Below, piece by piece: positions 1-9,150 of a stretch of DNA of 64,000 bases. Position 1 is the stretch's first letter, and each line of letters begins with the position of its first letter. The position numbers were made by a program, and so were the translations under genes. Under the pieces are notes generated by a model. The model was given only the letters and a program-made list of their open reading frames with translations. It was not told the origin of the DNA and did not search any database. This DNA is from an uncultured Chloroflexia bacterium (GTDB lineage Bacteria > Chloroflexota > Chloroflexia > QHBQ01 > JADMIH01): assembly GCA_963797095.1 (NCBI GenBank), contig CAWCNY010000006.1:960001-1024000 (forward strand), in the 5' to 3' direction.

Positions 1-1425
1 GCGTCGCTCCAATGGATACCCTTTTATGTGCTGTTTCTCTTGAAGACCCTGGATGGGCGAGAAGCCGAGAGCGATGATCAACAAGGAGCTAGACCTAATC
101 GGGTATTCGCTATACGAATACCTTCGGGACGGCTGAAGTATGCGATTGTTGCGGGCGCTTTGCTGGCGCTCAACGCTTACACTGAATGGACCTATGCCAT
201 CTTCATGGTGCTGCTCACCGGGTTATTAGTCGCTTGGAAGGTACTCGTGCCGTCGGAGCGTAGAGGTCTTTATGAACGCGGGACGAACCTGGCAGACGCG
301 GCAACCCTGGTTGCCGTGATAGGCGTGGTATTTCTCATCATAACCGCGCCTATTTTCTTCCCGACACTCGCTGAGGCAAGCCAGGGGTACGCCCAGCAGC
401 CTCCTGAGGAGACCCTTTTCTATTCCGCAGACCTGGTCAATGCCTTTCTCCCCTCGGAGTTGCACCCCTGGTGGGGTCCGGCCATCGCACAAGAGGTGCA
501 GAAGATTCCGCCCTACCTTCCCTTGAAGAACCCATCTGAGCGCGTGCTCTTTCTTGGCTACAGTGTGCTTGCGCTTGCGGCCTGGGGACTCTGGAGATTG
601 AGGCGAGACAGGAGGGTGCTTTTCTGGTCGATGACGGCCTTTATGGCTTGGGTTCTGAGTCTCGGTCCGGTGTTGCAGGTGCTGGGGAAGCGGCAGTTTA
701 CCGCCTTCGGTGTGGAAGTGCCGTTGCCTTATCTCTTGCTCTATAAACTGCCGCTGTTCAGCATCATGCGCACCCCTGCACGGCTCACGGTGCTGGTGAT
801 GCTGGCTCTTGCTATCCTGGTGGCTTTTTCCCTGGCGCCACTCCTGGCGAGCCGAAAGACAAGTGACAGAGATGACACCGCATCTGCCGAGGTTTTGACC
901 GCGCAATCTACGAAGTGGTGGCCTGTGGGAAGGCAAGCCGTGATCGCCCTGGCGGTGCCGGTCCTGATCCTCTTTGAGTTTATGCCCGTGTTTCCTATGG
1001 TACCTCCGGGCTGGAATGTGCCGATTTACACGAAGATAGCCTCCGAGCCGGGGAATTTCGCGCTTCTTGAGCTTCCTATAAGGCCGTTCAGCGATTATAT
1101 GGCCTACCAGACTGTACATGGCAAGCCTATCATCGGCGGGTACCTGTCGCGCCAGCCACCTTACCCGCTGCTTGACGAGAATGCGGCAGTCCACTATCTG
1201 CTCGATACCACGCCGCTTGACGACCCTGTGGCGTCGCAGGTGGTTGATGGCAAGGGCGTGCAGTCGTTACGTGAGCTTGGCGTCAAGTATGTGATAGTGC
1301 GGTGGTGGGCGTTCACGCCTGAGCAGAAGACGCTCATGCAAACCAAGCTCGATACCCTGATGGGGCGATCTCCTGATTCCTCCTATCCGGGGGATCAGGT
1401 GGATGCCTGGCAACTGTCGCCTTAG
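1..1425 (+). CDS. Polytopic membrane protein, GT-C/YfhO-like glycosyltransferase-type (5' partial; frame open from base 1)
   Basis: Many hydrophobic helices; family-like motifs YSADL..LP, LSLGP, RTPAR, Q..HGKP..GGY..R; no stop in frame from base 1. Confidence 0.6.
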   Translation, partial: ASLQWIPFYVLFLLKTLDGREAESDDQQGARPNRVFAIRIPSGRLKYAIVAGALLALNAYTEWTYAIFMVLLTGLLVAWKVLVPSERRGLYERGTNLADAATLVAVIGVVFLIITAPIFFPTLAEASQGYAQQPPEETLFYSADLVNAFLPSELHPWWGPAIAQEVQKIPPYLPLKNPSERVLFLGYSVLALAAWGLWRLRRDRRVLFWSMTAFMAWVLSLGPVLQVLGKRQFTAFGVEVPLPYLLLYKLPLFSIMRTPARLTVLVMLALAILVAFSLAPLLASRKTSDRDDTASAEVLTAQSTKWWPVGRQAVIALAVPVLILFEFMPVFPMVPPGWNVPIYTKIASEPGNFALLELPIRPFSDYMAYQTVHGKPIIGGYLSRQPPYPLLDENAAVHYLLDTTPLDDPVASQVVDGKGVQSLRELGVKYVIVRWWAFTPEQKTLMQTKLDTLMGRSPDSSYPGDQVDAWQLSP

Positions 1426-1486
1426 GAAAAGACCAGAGTGCACACACGGCACGCTCTGTATGGTCTAGCAGGTGCAGCCGGAAAAG

Positions 1487-4480
1487 TTATGGCACCACTG
1501 TTGGCATGGCTGAGGGATCGTCAGTTGCCGCAGGGGCCTCCTGCTGAGGCTGCGCAGGCTGGGACGTCGGTAGTTGTGGCTCGTTTTCAGCGGCGGGTGG
1601 CGGCGCGATTCTAGCGCCTGAGCCGGGAAGGTTGGCCTGGTACACTTTGCGGCCGATGGATAGGTAAACCTTGCTGTGCCCTTCATCCACTGCCAGCGCT
1701 GAGAAGTCTGTTAGTCCCGAGTCGGTAGGCGCTTTGTATATTGCGAGGGTCTGCCCTTCCTTATCGAGACGGGTTATGCTGTCGTCTGCGGACCTCAATA
1801 TGTAGATATTCTGTATATCGGTGTTGGTGACAATCTCAGTAGGTGGTCCTCCATCCGCCACATTCTTCGGGGTGAAGGTGCCGGTCATTTTGCCGCCTTG
1901 CATCACCAGAATATGGCCATCGCTGAGAGCCACATAGATCGCACCGTCGATAGCCATGGCGGTAGGCTCCTTCATCGCATCGGAGGTAGGTCCATCGGTT
2001 ATCCAGTCGATGGGAGGCTCGCTGTACTGCCCGGAAATGTATTTGGATATTTGACCTGGCTTGGACCCCAGCAGGTAGAGGTTGCCATCGTAGCTCCCCA
2101 TGCTGATCGACTTCTGTAGGCCATCCGCCCCGCCAAGCGGTTCCGCCAGCCAGGCCCCGGTGTCGGCGCTGAACACATAGGATACCAGGCTTTCATCGAG
2201 CACTACCGGGCTGCCCACTCGCGAAGTGATGGCCGCCGGTACTCCTACCTTCTGGCCTCCAATTGTGTCGCCCTCGCTGAGAACCACGGAGCATGATTTG
2301 GCGGCAACCTGGCACCTGTAGACCCAACTCTTTGCGCGATCCAGTATGTAAACGTTGTTGCCCTGTACGATAAGGTCGTCGCGATAGGTAGGGGCTGGAG
2401 ATTCGCCGGGATCGGTCGAAGTTGAATCCTGGGTTGCGGGTGCGCCGATCTCGGTAGTTGCCGGGACATCCAAGTTGTCTATGGCATCGAGATCGAACAG
2501 CAGCTTGAGCGAGGAGAGGCGGGTGACGCCCTGGGCGGTATCGAGGTCTGTACTCAATTGGCCCACCAGCCGCGTGGCTTCATCCGACTCAGGGTTGGCC
2601 GCGGCTGCTTCTTTGGCCTTGTCGAGCGCCAGTTGCAGCTTCTGTACGCGCTCGGTGTCGGTGAGGCCCTGCTGGTTGGCAGCGGTCTGTAGCTGCTGGG
2701 CTTGGGCAAGGAGGTTATTGGTGGCGGCCTGCTCGGCGCTGCCCCTCATGCTCAGTAGGGATACTACCAGTATGATGCCGACCAGTGCGAGAGCACCGAG
2801 GATCACCAGGCGCAGTGGAAGTAGCATCCTTTGGCCCGTGCGTTGGCGAGTGGCTCTGGGGGTGGTGCCCGCTCGTTGTGGGATGACCGCCGCCAGGGCC
2901 TGGCTGCCCCAGGCTGCTAGCTGCCGCCCCACCGCCGCGAAGTTGATGCCCTGCGCTTTTGTTCTGGCAGGTTGGATGGTGGGTGTCGGTTGTACGCTCT
3001 GATCGTCAAACGGCTCATCGTAGATGCCGGGGGAGTGCCCTTTGTAAGAGGGTGCGGAGAAGTCTTCCTGGTCTGGATCGTCCTGAACCTTCGGCTTGAA
3101 GATCACGCGATGGGTAGCGGCGTACCTGGGGACGTCAAGCGCGGGTGGCGAGTCCTCCCAGCCGTCGAATTGAAGCTCCTCATCCCCGGGTTCGGGCATG
3201 TTTTCGGGGGCGGATTCGGCACGGGCATGGAATGGCGGTATCTCCGGGGATTGTTGGATGAAAAGCTGGGTGGGCTGCCTGGACCACATTTCACCTTCAT
3301 CTTCGGGTTCCAGCAGCGGCTCAGGCTCTTCCCCGGCATCGTCCAGACCCTCCCATGAGGGCTTATGCGGCTCCGGTTGTGGCTGTGGCTGTGGCTCCCA
3401 CTCGGCAGGGGCGGCCTGCCGGGAGTCGGCTGCTTCGCCGGTCGGCTCGCTGTCGGGTTTGCGGCGGGCGAGCCAATCGCGTGGGCCGCGCAGGGCCTCG
3501 ATCAGGCCCGCACCGGGGGCGGGCTTCTCAGGTTCGTGGGGAGCCGCGCTTACGCCGCCCGCCTGGGCTACCTGCAAGCCTGCCTTGGGCGCTATGGATG
3601 TGATATAGTCGGTGTCAACTCCGGAGGATGTGGGAACACCCAGTGCGAGCACGCAGGCGTGGGCCTCGGCCAGCCCCTTTTCCTGCGCCAGGTCTACCAG
3701 GGTGGCTATGACGCTATCGGCATCGTAGGCGAAGGCTTGTTCGGCCCATTGGCGCTCTATGTGCCGGGCTAAGCCTGACGAAACTAGTACGATCCTGTCG
3801 CCCGGCTCGATGCGCCTATATATTAGGTCGGCTTCGACGCCGGGCCCGCTGCCGAGGGCGGGCGCGGGAACTACCACGTTGGAAAGGTCGGGCAGTTGGA
3901 GTTCTTCTTCTTCCTGGTCTTCCTCTTCCTCTGTTAGCACGCGTTTGAGGGTGACGACGGTGCGGCCTGGCGAGGGGAACCAACCCTCAGGCTCAGGGAG
4001 GGCGGATAGGAGGCCGTTGTGCAGGATGTACGCCTGAGTGGGGGCCATCTGGGATAGATAGACGCCTGTGCCGTCTGGCCTTATCAAGAGGGCGGTCATG
4101 CCGACCCTTACGCGCTTGGTTTTGGTGTTGGTTTGGACGGCTACATTTCCGCCCGGTGCGTTGTCGTCCGAGTCCGTTCCTGTCCAGCCGGAGCCGTACT
4201 GGAGGAGAGCGTTGTTGGCAGCGTCGAGGGCGTTGAGGAGGCTGCTTGTCAGGCCGAGCGAATGGTCGGAGAAGTAGCCTTCGACCACGGTGTGCTGGGC
4301 CAGCCTGCACGCATCGGCTCCCAGCGCGACGCTGCCCACAGGCTCGCTGATGAGGGCGAGCGTGCCGCGCTTTTGTAATACCTGGGCAATAGGGTGTACG
4401 CAGACCGAGTATGGGCTTGTGTCGATCTGCATTCCGCCGAAGACGGCGAACCGCCTGCAACTTAGTTCCATCCGGGTCAT
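1487..4480 (-). CDS. Single-pass membrane protein: degenerate PP2C/SpoIIE-like N-domain, acidic Pro-rich linker, TM helix, beta-propeller-like C-domain
   Basis: 997 aa ORF; PP2C-like segments (ALDAANNALL, RRIEPGDRIVLVSSGL); TM LVILGALALVGIILVVSLL; repeated NHL-like blades (GNNVYILD, YDGNLYLL, IDGAIYVA, NIYIL). Confidence 0.6.
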   Translation of the reverse strand: MTRMELSCRRFAVFGGMQIDTSPYSVCVHPIAQVLQKRGTLALISEPVGSVALGADACRLAQHTVVEGYFSDHSLGLTSSLLNALDAANNALLQYGSGWTGTDSDDNAPGGNVAVQTNTKTKRVRVGMTALLIRPDGTGVYLSQMAPTQAYILHNGLLSALPEPEGWFPSPGRTVVTLKRVLTEEEEDQEEEELQLPDLSNVVVPAPALGSGPGVEADLIYRRIEPGDRIVLVSSGLARHIERQWAEQAFAYDADSVIATLVDLAQEKGLAEAHACVLALGVPTSSGVDTDYITSIAPKAGLQVAQAGGVSAAPHEPEKPAPGAGLIEALRGPRDWLARRKPDSEPTGEAADSRQAAPAEWEPQPQPQPEPHKPSWEGLDDAGEEPEPLLEPEDEGEMWSRQPTQLFIQQSPEIPPFHARAESAPENMPEPGDEELQFDGWEDSPPALDVPRYAATHRVIFKPKVQDDPDQEDFSAPSYKGHSPGIYDEPFDDQSVQPTPTIQPARTKAQGINFAAVGRQLAAWGSQALAAVIPQRAGTTPRATRQRTGQRMLLPLRLVILGALALVGIILVVSLLSMRGSAEQAATNNLLAQAQQLQTAANQQGLTDTERVQKLQLALDKAKEAAAANPESDEATRLVGQLSTDLDTAQGVTRLSSLKLLFDLDAIDNLDVPATTEIGAPATQDSTSTDPGESPAPTYRDDLIVQGNNVYILDRAKSWVYRCQVAAKSCSVVLSEGDTIGGQKVGVPAAITSRVGSPVVLDESLVSYVFSADTGAWLAEPLGGADGLQKSISMGSYDGNLYLLGSKPGQISKYISGQYSEPPIDWITDGPTSDAMKEPTAMAIDGAIYVALSDGHILVMQGGKMTGTFTPKNVADGGPPTEIVTNTDIQNIYILRSADDSITRLDKEGQTLAIYKAPTDSGLTDFSALAVDEGHSKVYLSIGRKVYQANLPGSGARIAPPPAAENEPQLPTSQPAQPQQEAPAATDDPSAMPTVVP

Positions 4481-4521
4481 AGTGGTATCCCCCGCAAGAA
4501 TATCCGAAAAAACGTGCGAAA

Positions 4522-4530
4522 ATTATAGCA
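4522..4530 (-). promoter_or_regulatory. Extended -10 promoter (TGcTATAAT) for the 997-aa gene
   Basis: Plus strand attatagca reads TGCTATAAT on minus, about 40 bp upstream of the ATG at 4480. Confidence 0.55.
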
Positions 4531-4695
4531 GTCAGTGTGGGCTGATTTGTGGGTTATCCACAAGGCGCAGCCGGTAGCCCGTAGGCGGTGGTTTCTGGTT
4601 GTTATTGGCCTGGTTGGTGTTTGGGTGTGTACTTTGGTACTTGCTTTGATCCTTTTTGTGCGTTTTGTTGGTCATCTTGTTATTAGTAGATGGAT

Positions 4696-4768
4696 TTGCC
4701 CTCAATAACTAAATGACATTGGTTGGACAAAACGGGACAGGTTTTGGGGTGTACTTAAGGGTGATTTT
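4696..4768. repeat. Dispersed intergenic repeat, copy 1 (inverted copy at 21403-21475)
   Basis: 64/73 identity by hand alignment; 29-bp perfect core caaaacgggacaggttttggggtgtactt. Confidence 0.8.
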
Positions 4769-4836
4769 TTGCTGTGGACTTGGCTCTGTCGGATGAGTTA
4801 CACTATCTCAACACATTATGGGGAGGCTAGGCTTTT

Positions 4837-6210
4837 ATGTCTGCTGTAAACGACTACATCGATGCGCACCTGGATGAAACTTATGAGAGGCTGAAGCGCT
4901 GGTGCTCGCAGCCCAGCATCTCGACCGAGAATGTTGGGATCGAGGAGATGGCGAAACTGGCCGCTGAGGACCTGCGTCGGAGCGGCTTCGAGGTTGAGGT
5001 TTACCCTACCGAGGGGTATCCGGTGGTGCTTGCGCGCACGGGATCTTCGGGAGAGGGAGTGCCTACATTGCTCGTGTACAACCACTACGATGTGCAGCCT
5101 ACAGGCGAGCGGGCGGACTGGCAATCGGACCCTTTCAAGCCTGAGATACGCGACGGCAAGATGTATGGGAGGGGAGTTGCCGATACCAAGAGCAATGTGG
5201 TGTCACGGGTGGCCGCGCTGGACGCGATACGAGCCGTGCGCGGAGAACTGCCTGTACAGGTGGTGTGGGTGCTGGAGGGGGAGGAGGAGATCGGCAGTCC
5301 GCACCTTGATAAGTTTATCCTGGCGCACCGCGACGAATTGAAGGCTGATGGGTGTATCTGGGAATTCGGGGGGTACACATGGGATGGTGTGCCGAACGTC
5401 ACGTTGGGGTTAAAGGGTATGCTGTCAGTTGAACTGGTGGCGAGGGGGGCGAACCGCGATATACATTCGGGAAACGCGGCGTATGTGCCAAACCCGGTGT
5501 GGCGATTGGTGTGGGCATTGAATGCCATCAAGACGCCCGATGGAAAGATACATATCCCTGGTTTCTACGACCGGGTGAGCGTGCCTACCCCTGCACAAGA
5601 AGCACTCTTAGACCAGTTGCCTGACGAGTTGGATCGGGACCGGGTAAACTGGGGCCTGGACTCGTTCATCAATGGAATGACAGGCAAGGATTTGCTGCGT
5701 GCATCCAGTTTCGAGCCTACCGCCAACATATTGGGTATGGAGGCGGGCTATAACGGGCCGGGGACCAAGACGATATTGCCGCATGTGGCGCAGGCCAAGA
5801 TGGATATCAGGTTGGTACCGGACCAGGACCCGGAGGAGCTTTTCGAATCGCTGTGCGCTTTTCTGCGCGATAACGGTTTCACAGATATAGAGGTGCGGCA
5901 TATCAGCAATGAAGGCGATCTGCTGCCTGGGATCAGCGACCCAGAGTCACCGTTTGTGCAGACGGTGCTTCAGGCATTGCGCGAGGCTAACGGCAAAGAG
6001 CCGGTAATCACGCCGTCGTCGGGTGGATCTGGCCCAGTGGGTGTGTTCGTGCTGCCCCCGCCCCGTGGGCTTGGGTTGCAGATCGCGGCTATCGGTACGG
6101 GATACCCTGATACGCGCGCTCATGGCCCGAATGAGAATATTCGTCTTGAGGATTTTCGCGCGCACGTCCATACGTTTGCTCGGTTGGTGGAGTTGATGGG
6201 TGACGAGTGA
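4837..6210 (+). CDS. M20/M25/M40 family metallopeptidase (ArgE/DapE-like)
   Basis: Motifs YNHYDVQP, YGRGVADTK, EGEEEIGS, AHGPNENI. Confidence 0.9.
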   Translation: MSAVNDYIDAHLDETYERLKRWCSQPSISTENVGIEEMAKLAAEDLRRSGFEVEVYPTEGYPVVLARTGSSGEGVPTLLVYNHYDVQPTGERADWQSDPFKPEIRDGKMYGRGVADTKSNVVSRVAALDAIRAVRGELPVQVVWVLEGEEEIGSPHLDKFILAHRDELKADGCIWEFGGYTWDGVPNVTLGLKGMLSVELVARGANRDIHSGNAAYVPNPVWRLVWALNAIKTPDGKIHIPGFYDRVSVPTPAQEALLDQLPDELDRDRVNWGLDSFINGMTGKDLLRASSFEPTANILGMEAGYNGPGTKTILPHVAQAKMDIRLVPDQDPEELFESLCAFLRDNGFTDIEVRHISNEGDLLPGISDPESPFVQTVLQALREANGKEPVITPSSGGSGPVGVFVLPPPRGLGLQIAAIGTGYPDTRAHGPNENIRLEDFRAHVHTFARLVELMGDE

Positions 6211-6304
6211 CGAGTGACGAGTGACGAGTAGAACATGCAATAAGCAGTACGCAGTACGCAGTATGCAATAGTCACGTATCACATATCACCTATCACTCGT
6301 CACG
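6200..6304. repeat. Composite heptamer tandem repeat cassette: (GTGACGA)4, (GCAGTAY)3, (TCACNTA)n
   Basis: Read directly; supplies the stop codon of the M20 gene; the end tcactcgtcac is complementary to the start. Confidence 0.85.
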
Positions 6305-6324
6305 TTGGTTTTGACGGTTTTGCA

Positions 6325-7368
6325 ATGACCCCTGAAACTACTGTTGTTATTTTGAATTGGAACGGGGCACGGCTACTACCTGCGTGTCTTTCTGCTTTGG
6401 CGTTGCAGAGTTACAGGGATTTCCAGCTTGTGCTGGTGGATAACGGGTCTATCGATGGGTCGGAGCGGCTGCTGAGCGACCTTGAAGGGAGTAATCAACC
6501 TGAGTGGCTGGCGGGACCTTTGCCTTACCCGCCCCGTGTCATTCGTAACTCCGAGAATCTTGGGTTCGCGCAAGGGAACAACGTGGCTTTGCGTGAGGCG
6601 CGCACGCCTTATGTGGCATTGTTGAACAATGATGCTATCGCAGACGCCGGTTGGCTGTCGGAACTGGTGAGTGCCATTTGTGATTCGCCCCGTTGTGTGG
6701 GGATGGTTGCTTCGACCATGGTCTTCTCGCAACGGCCTGATGTGGTGGCGTCGGCGGGCATACGGATACACAGGGATGGAGTGGCTCTGGACCGGGCGAT
6801 GGGGATGGCGGTTGCCGATATAGAGGGGTGGGGTGTGCGTCCTGTGTTCGGGCCTAGTGCGGGCGCGGCTCTTTACCGCCGGAAATTGCTGGGGGATGCG
6901 GGCTTGTTTGACCCTCGATTCTTTAGCTACCTGGAAGATGCAGACCTTGCGTGGAGGGCGCGCAGCCGGGGTTGGCGGGCTGTGCACGCACCGAGGGCAC
7001 GCGTTTTGCACGAGTATTCGGCGACGGGCGGGCACAACTCGCCTTTCAAGACCAGCCTCATATCGCGCAACAGAGTGTGGCTTGTCTACAAGAATATGCC
7101 TGAGGTACTACTGAGCCGCTACTGGCGCTATATTCTCCGCTATGATTTGATGGCGGTGGCGGGTGGGTTGCTGAGTTGCAACCGGCACATCCTGCGCGGG
7201 AGGTTGAAGGCGCTCAGCCTGTTGCCTTCCCTGCGGAGCGACCGCTGGAAGAATATTACTTCGGCGCGTCTACATCCTGATGAGATTGATGCCCTGCTTT
7301 CCCCGCCTCTCAGCCCACGCGGGCACCTCCGGTACCGGCGACGGTTGGATGCTTTGGTAAGCTCCTAG
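6325..7368 (+). CDS. Glycosyltransferase family 2 (GT2, rhamnosyltransferase-like)
   Basis: VVILNWNG, VDNGSIDGS, NLGFAQGNN, LLNND, FFSYLEDADL motifs. Confidence 0.9.
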   Translation: MTPETTVVILNWNGARLLPACLSALALQSYRDFQLVLVDNGSIDGSERLLSDLEGSNQPEWLAGPLPYPPRVIRNSENLGFAQGNNVALREARTPYVALLNNDAIADAGWLSELVSAICDSPRCVGMVASTMVFSQRPDVVASAGIRIHRDGVALDRAMGMAVADIEGWGVRPVFGPSAGAALYRRKLLGDAGLFDPRFFSYLEDADLAWRARSRGWRAVHAPRARVLHEYSATGGHNSPFKTSLISRNRVWLVYKNMPEVLLSRYWRYILRYDLMAVAGGLLSCNRHILRGRLKALSLLPSLRSDRWKNITSARLHPDEIDALLSPPLSPRGHLRYRRRLDALVSS

Positions 7369-8709
7369 TACAGCTTGGCTCAAATGAAGATACAGTTATG
7401 CCACCAAAGCCTTGCCACGATACGAGCAGGCAAACGGCTTGGCCATCGTCCTGTTGTAGTACTCTATGAACTCCATCACTTTGCTTTCCAATTCCTCCAC
7501 TGAGGTGAAGCTCCCTCGCTTCAGCAGTTTACGCACCAATATGCTCAGCCATATCTCTATCTGGTTCAGCCATGAACTGTGCTTGGGGTGTAGTGAAATA
7601 CGATCTTGTGGGTGGGATCACTCAAGAACGCTGCTCGCGACAAGCAATTGTGCAGGATCCCGCTCTTGCCTTTCTCCCCCAGGTCGCTTTCCTCCAGCCC
7701 ACTTACCCTGGCTACCAGCCGTACCAGCGTCTCGGAGCGATGGGTGTCCAGGTTGTCCACCACAAAGTGCCATTTCCTAACATCAGGCTCCCTCTCCACA
7801 CTGCGCTGCACATGAGAGGCGAAGTCGGCTTCGGTACGTGTGGGTGCACAAGACGTGTGGGTCCACAAGACGTGTGGCCAATCCCCCCACTTGCCACGTC
7901 CAGGTTGATGATGAAAGAACGTGTGCCATGACGAATGTACTCGAACTCTCGCCTCTCCACTTTGCCAGGCACCATCGGCAGGGTGGGGTGCTTACGCTCC
8001 AGGGCTTGTACCCCAGTCATCTCGTCGCTACTCAATACCCGCTCTCCTCTCCTGCCCTGGTCAACTCCTGTGCCACACGGTAAAGCTCACACACCTCCTG
8101 TACCTTCTCGTCGAAGTTCTCCTCTCGCTCATAAGAGGGTGGGGTCAGCCAATAACGGCTCAGGTGTGGTTTGAGGTCCCCCTTTTGAGCAGGCGGGCTG
8201 CGTGGCGAGGTGATATCTGCTCTACAATGCCGCGCCTCTCTATCTCATCAGCGATCTCACGACTGCTCCATTGGCTGATAGGACGCCCACTCTGTGCAGG
8301 AGCTTCACATGCCAACGGCCAACGCCACGATTTGGCACACAGCCTCAGCACTGATGCGGGCAGGCGCACCAGGTCGGGGCACGTCAGTCAGGCGCTCTGG
8401 GGCGCTCAAGTCATCGGCTGAGACGGTTTGCAAGCCGAGCCAACGTTCCCGCCAAAGGCGGACCATCTTACGACTAATCCCTAGCTCTCGCACAATCTGG
8501 CCGTTGTTGAGGCCATCGGCAGCCAAAAGCACGATGTGGGCACGCAAGGCTAGCTGCTGTGGTGTAGAATGGCGGCGGAGCAGGCTAGCCACTTCCTCGC
8601 GTTCAATGTTGGTGAGTTCGATCATCGGTGGTTTTGGACCGCGCACTGGCTGTTACCTCCCTTGGTGTTGCACCTATTATACTGCATCTTCATTTGAGCC
8701 AAGCTGTAC
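7368..8709 (-). mobile_element. IS630-family insertion sequence (degenerate)
   Basis: Terminal inverted repeats GTACAGCTTGGCTCAAATGAAGAT(A/G)CAGT; TA duplication (7366-7367, 8710-8711) within CTAG; inserted in the GT2 stop codon. Confidence 0.92.
7396..8646 (-). pseudogene. IS630 transposase, fragmented
   Basis: HTH (RAHIVLLAADG..PRPGAP) plus DDE pieces ([32 protein letters not shown]); AAAAGGGGG slip site near 8178-8187; extra frameshifts from 7-bp and 17-bp duplications. Confidence 0.88.
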
Positions 8710-8712
8710 TAG

Positions 8713-8776
8713 TTCCTGGTTCCAAGTTCCCGGCTCCTGGTTCCAAGTTCCTGGCTCCTGGCTCCTGGCTCCTGGC
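8713..8776. repeat. Heptamer tandem repeat (TCCTGGC/TCCAAGT type)
   Basis: Read directly, immediately after the IS630 end. Confidence 0.8.
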
Positions 8777-8897
8777 CTGCAGGAGAGTGGTGTTTGGGAA
8801 TTGATCTGCCAGGCGGAGCATGCTTATCTCATGCAAGGGTTCGTGGGACAATTGTATGCTTCTCATATGGTTAATTGGTGAGTCTGGAATTGAAGAT

Positions 8898-8939
8898 GCA
8901 AATGCCGGGTCTGAGGTTCCGACCTGGCATTTTGCGTTT
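8898..8939 (+). terminator. Probable intrinsic terminator
   Basis: Stem aaatgccgggtc/gacctggcattt followed by a T-rich tail. Confidence 0.5.
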
Positions 8940-9150
8940 AATGGGCTGCCTTTAATGGCTAGAGAATGGTGGTGGGACAATCGGGCTAGTGCAGTCACCC
9001 CCTATGGGCTATAGAGCCTGCGCCTGGTGTCCGTTATAGTTGAATTGAAGCCGCCTGATGGCACGATGGTCGCGCCATTGGGGCCTTCACTTGCAATCGT
9101 AGTTTTGTAATTCAGTTCAAATTCTCTAAACAGATCGGAGGCACTGAGCC

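Noticed and set aside
4481-4836. Replication origin
   Set aside because: Only one perfect DnaA box, no box cluster and no dnaA/dnaN; another perfect box lies inside rpoC, consistent with chance.
6200-6304. Heptamer arrays as CRISPR arrays
   Set aside because: They have period 7 and no unique spacers.
8880-9150. c-di-GMP riboswitch upstream of the tad genes
   Set aside because: Neither class I nor class II consensus motifs were recognisable.
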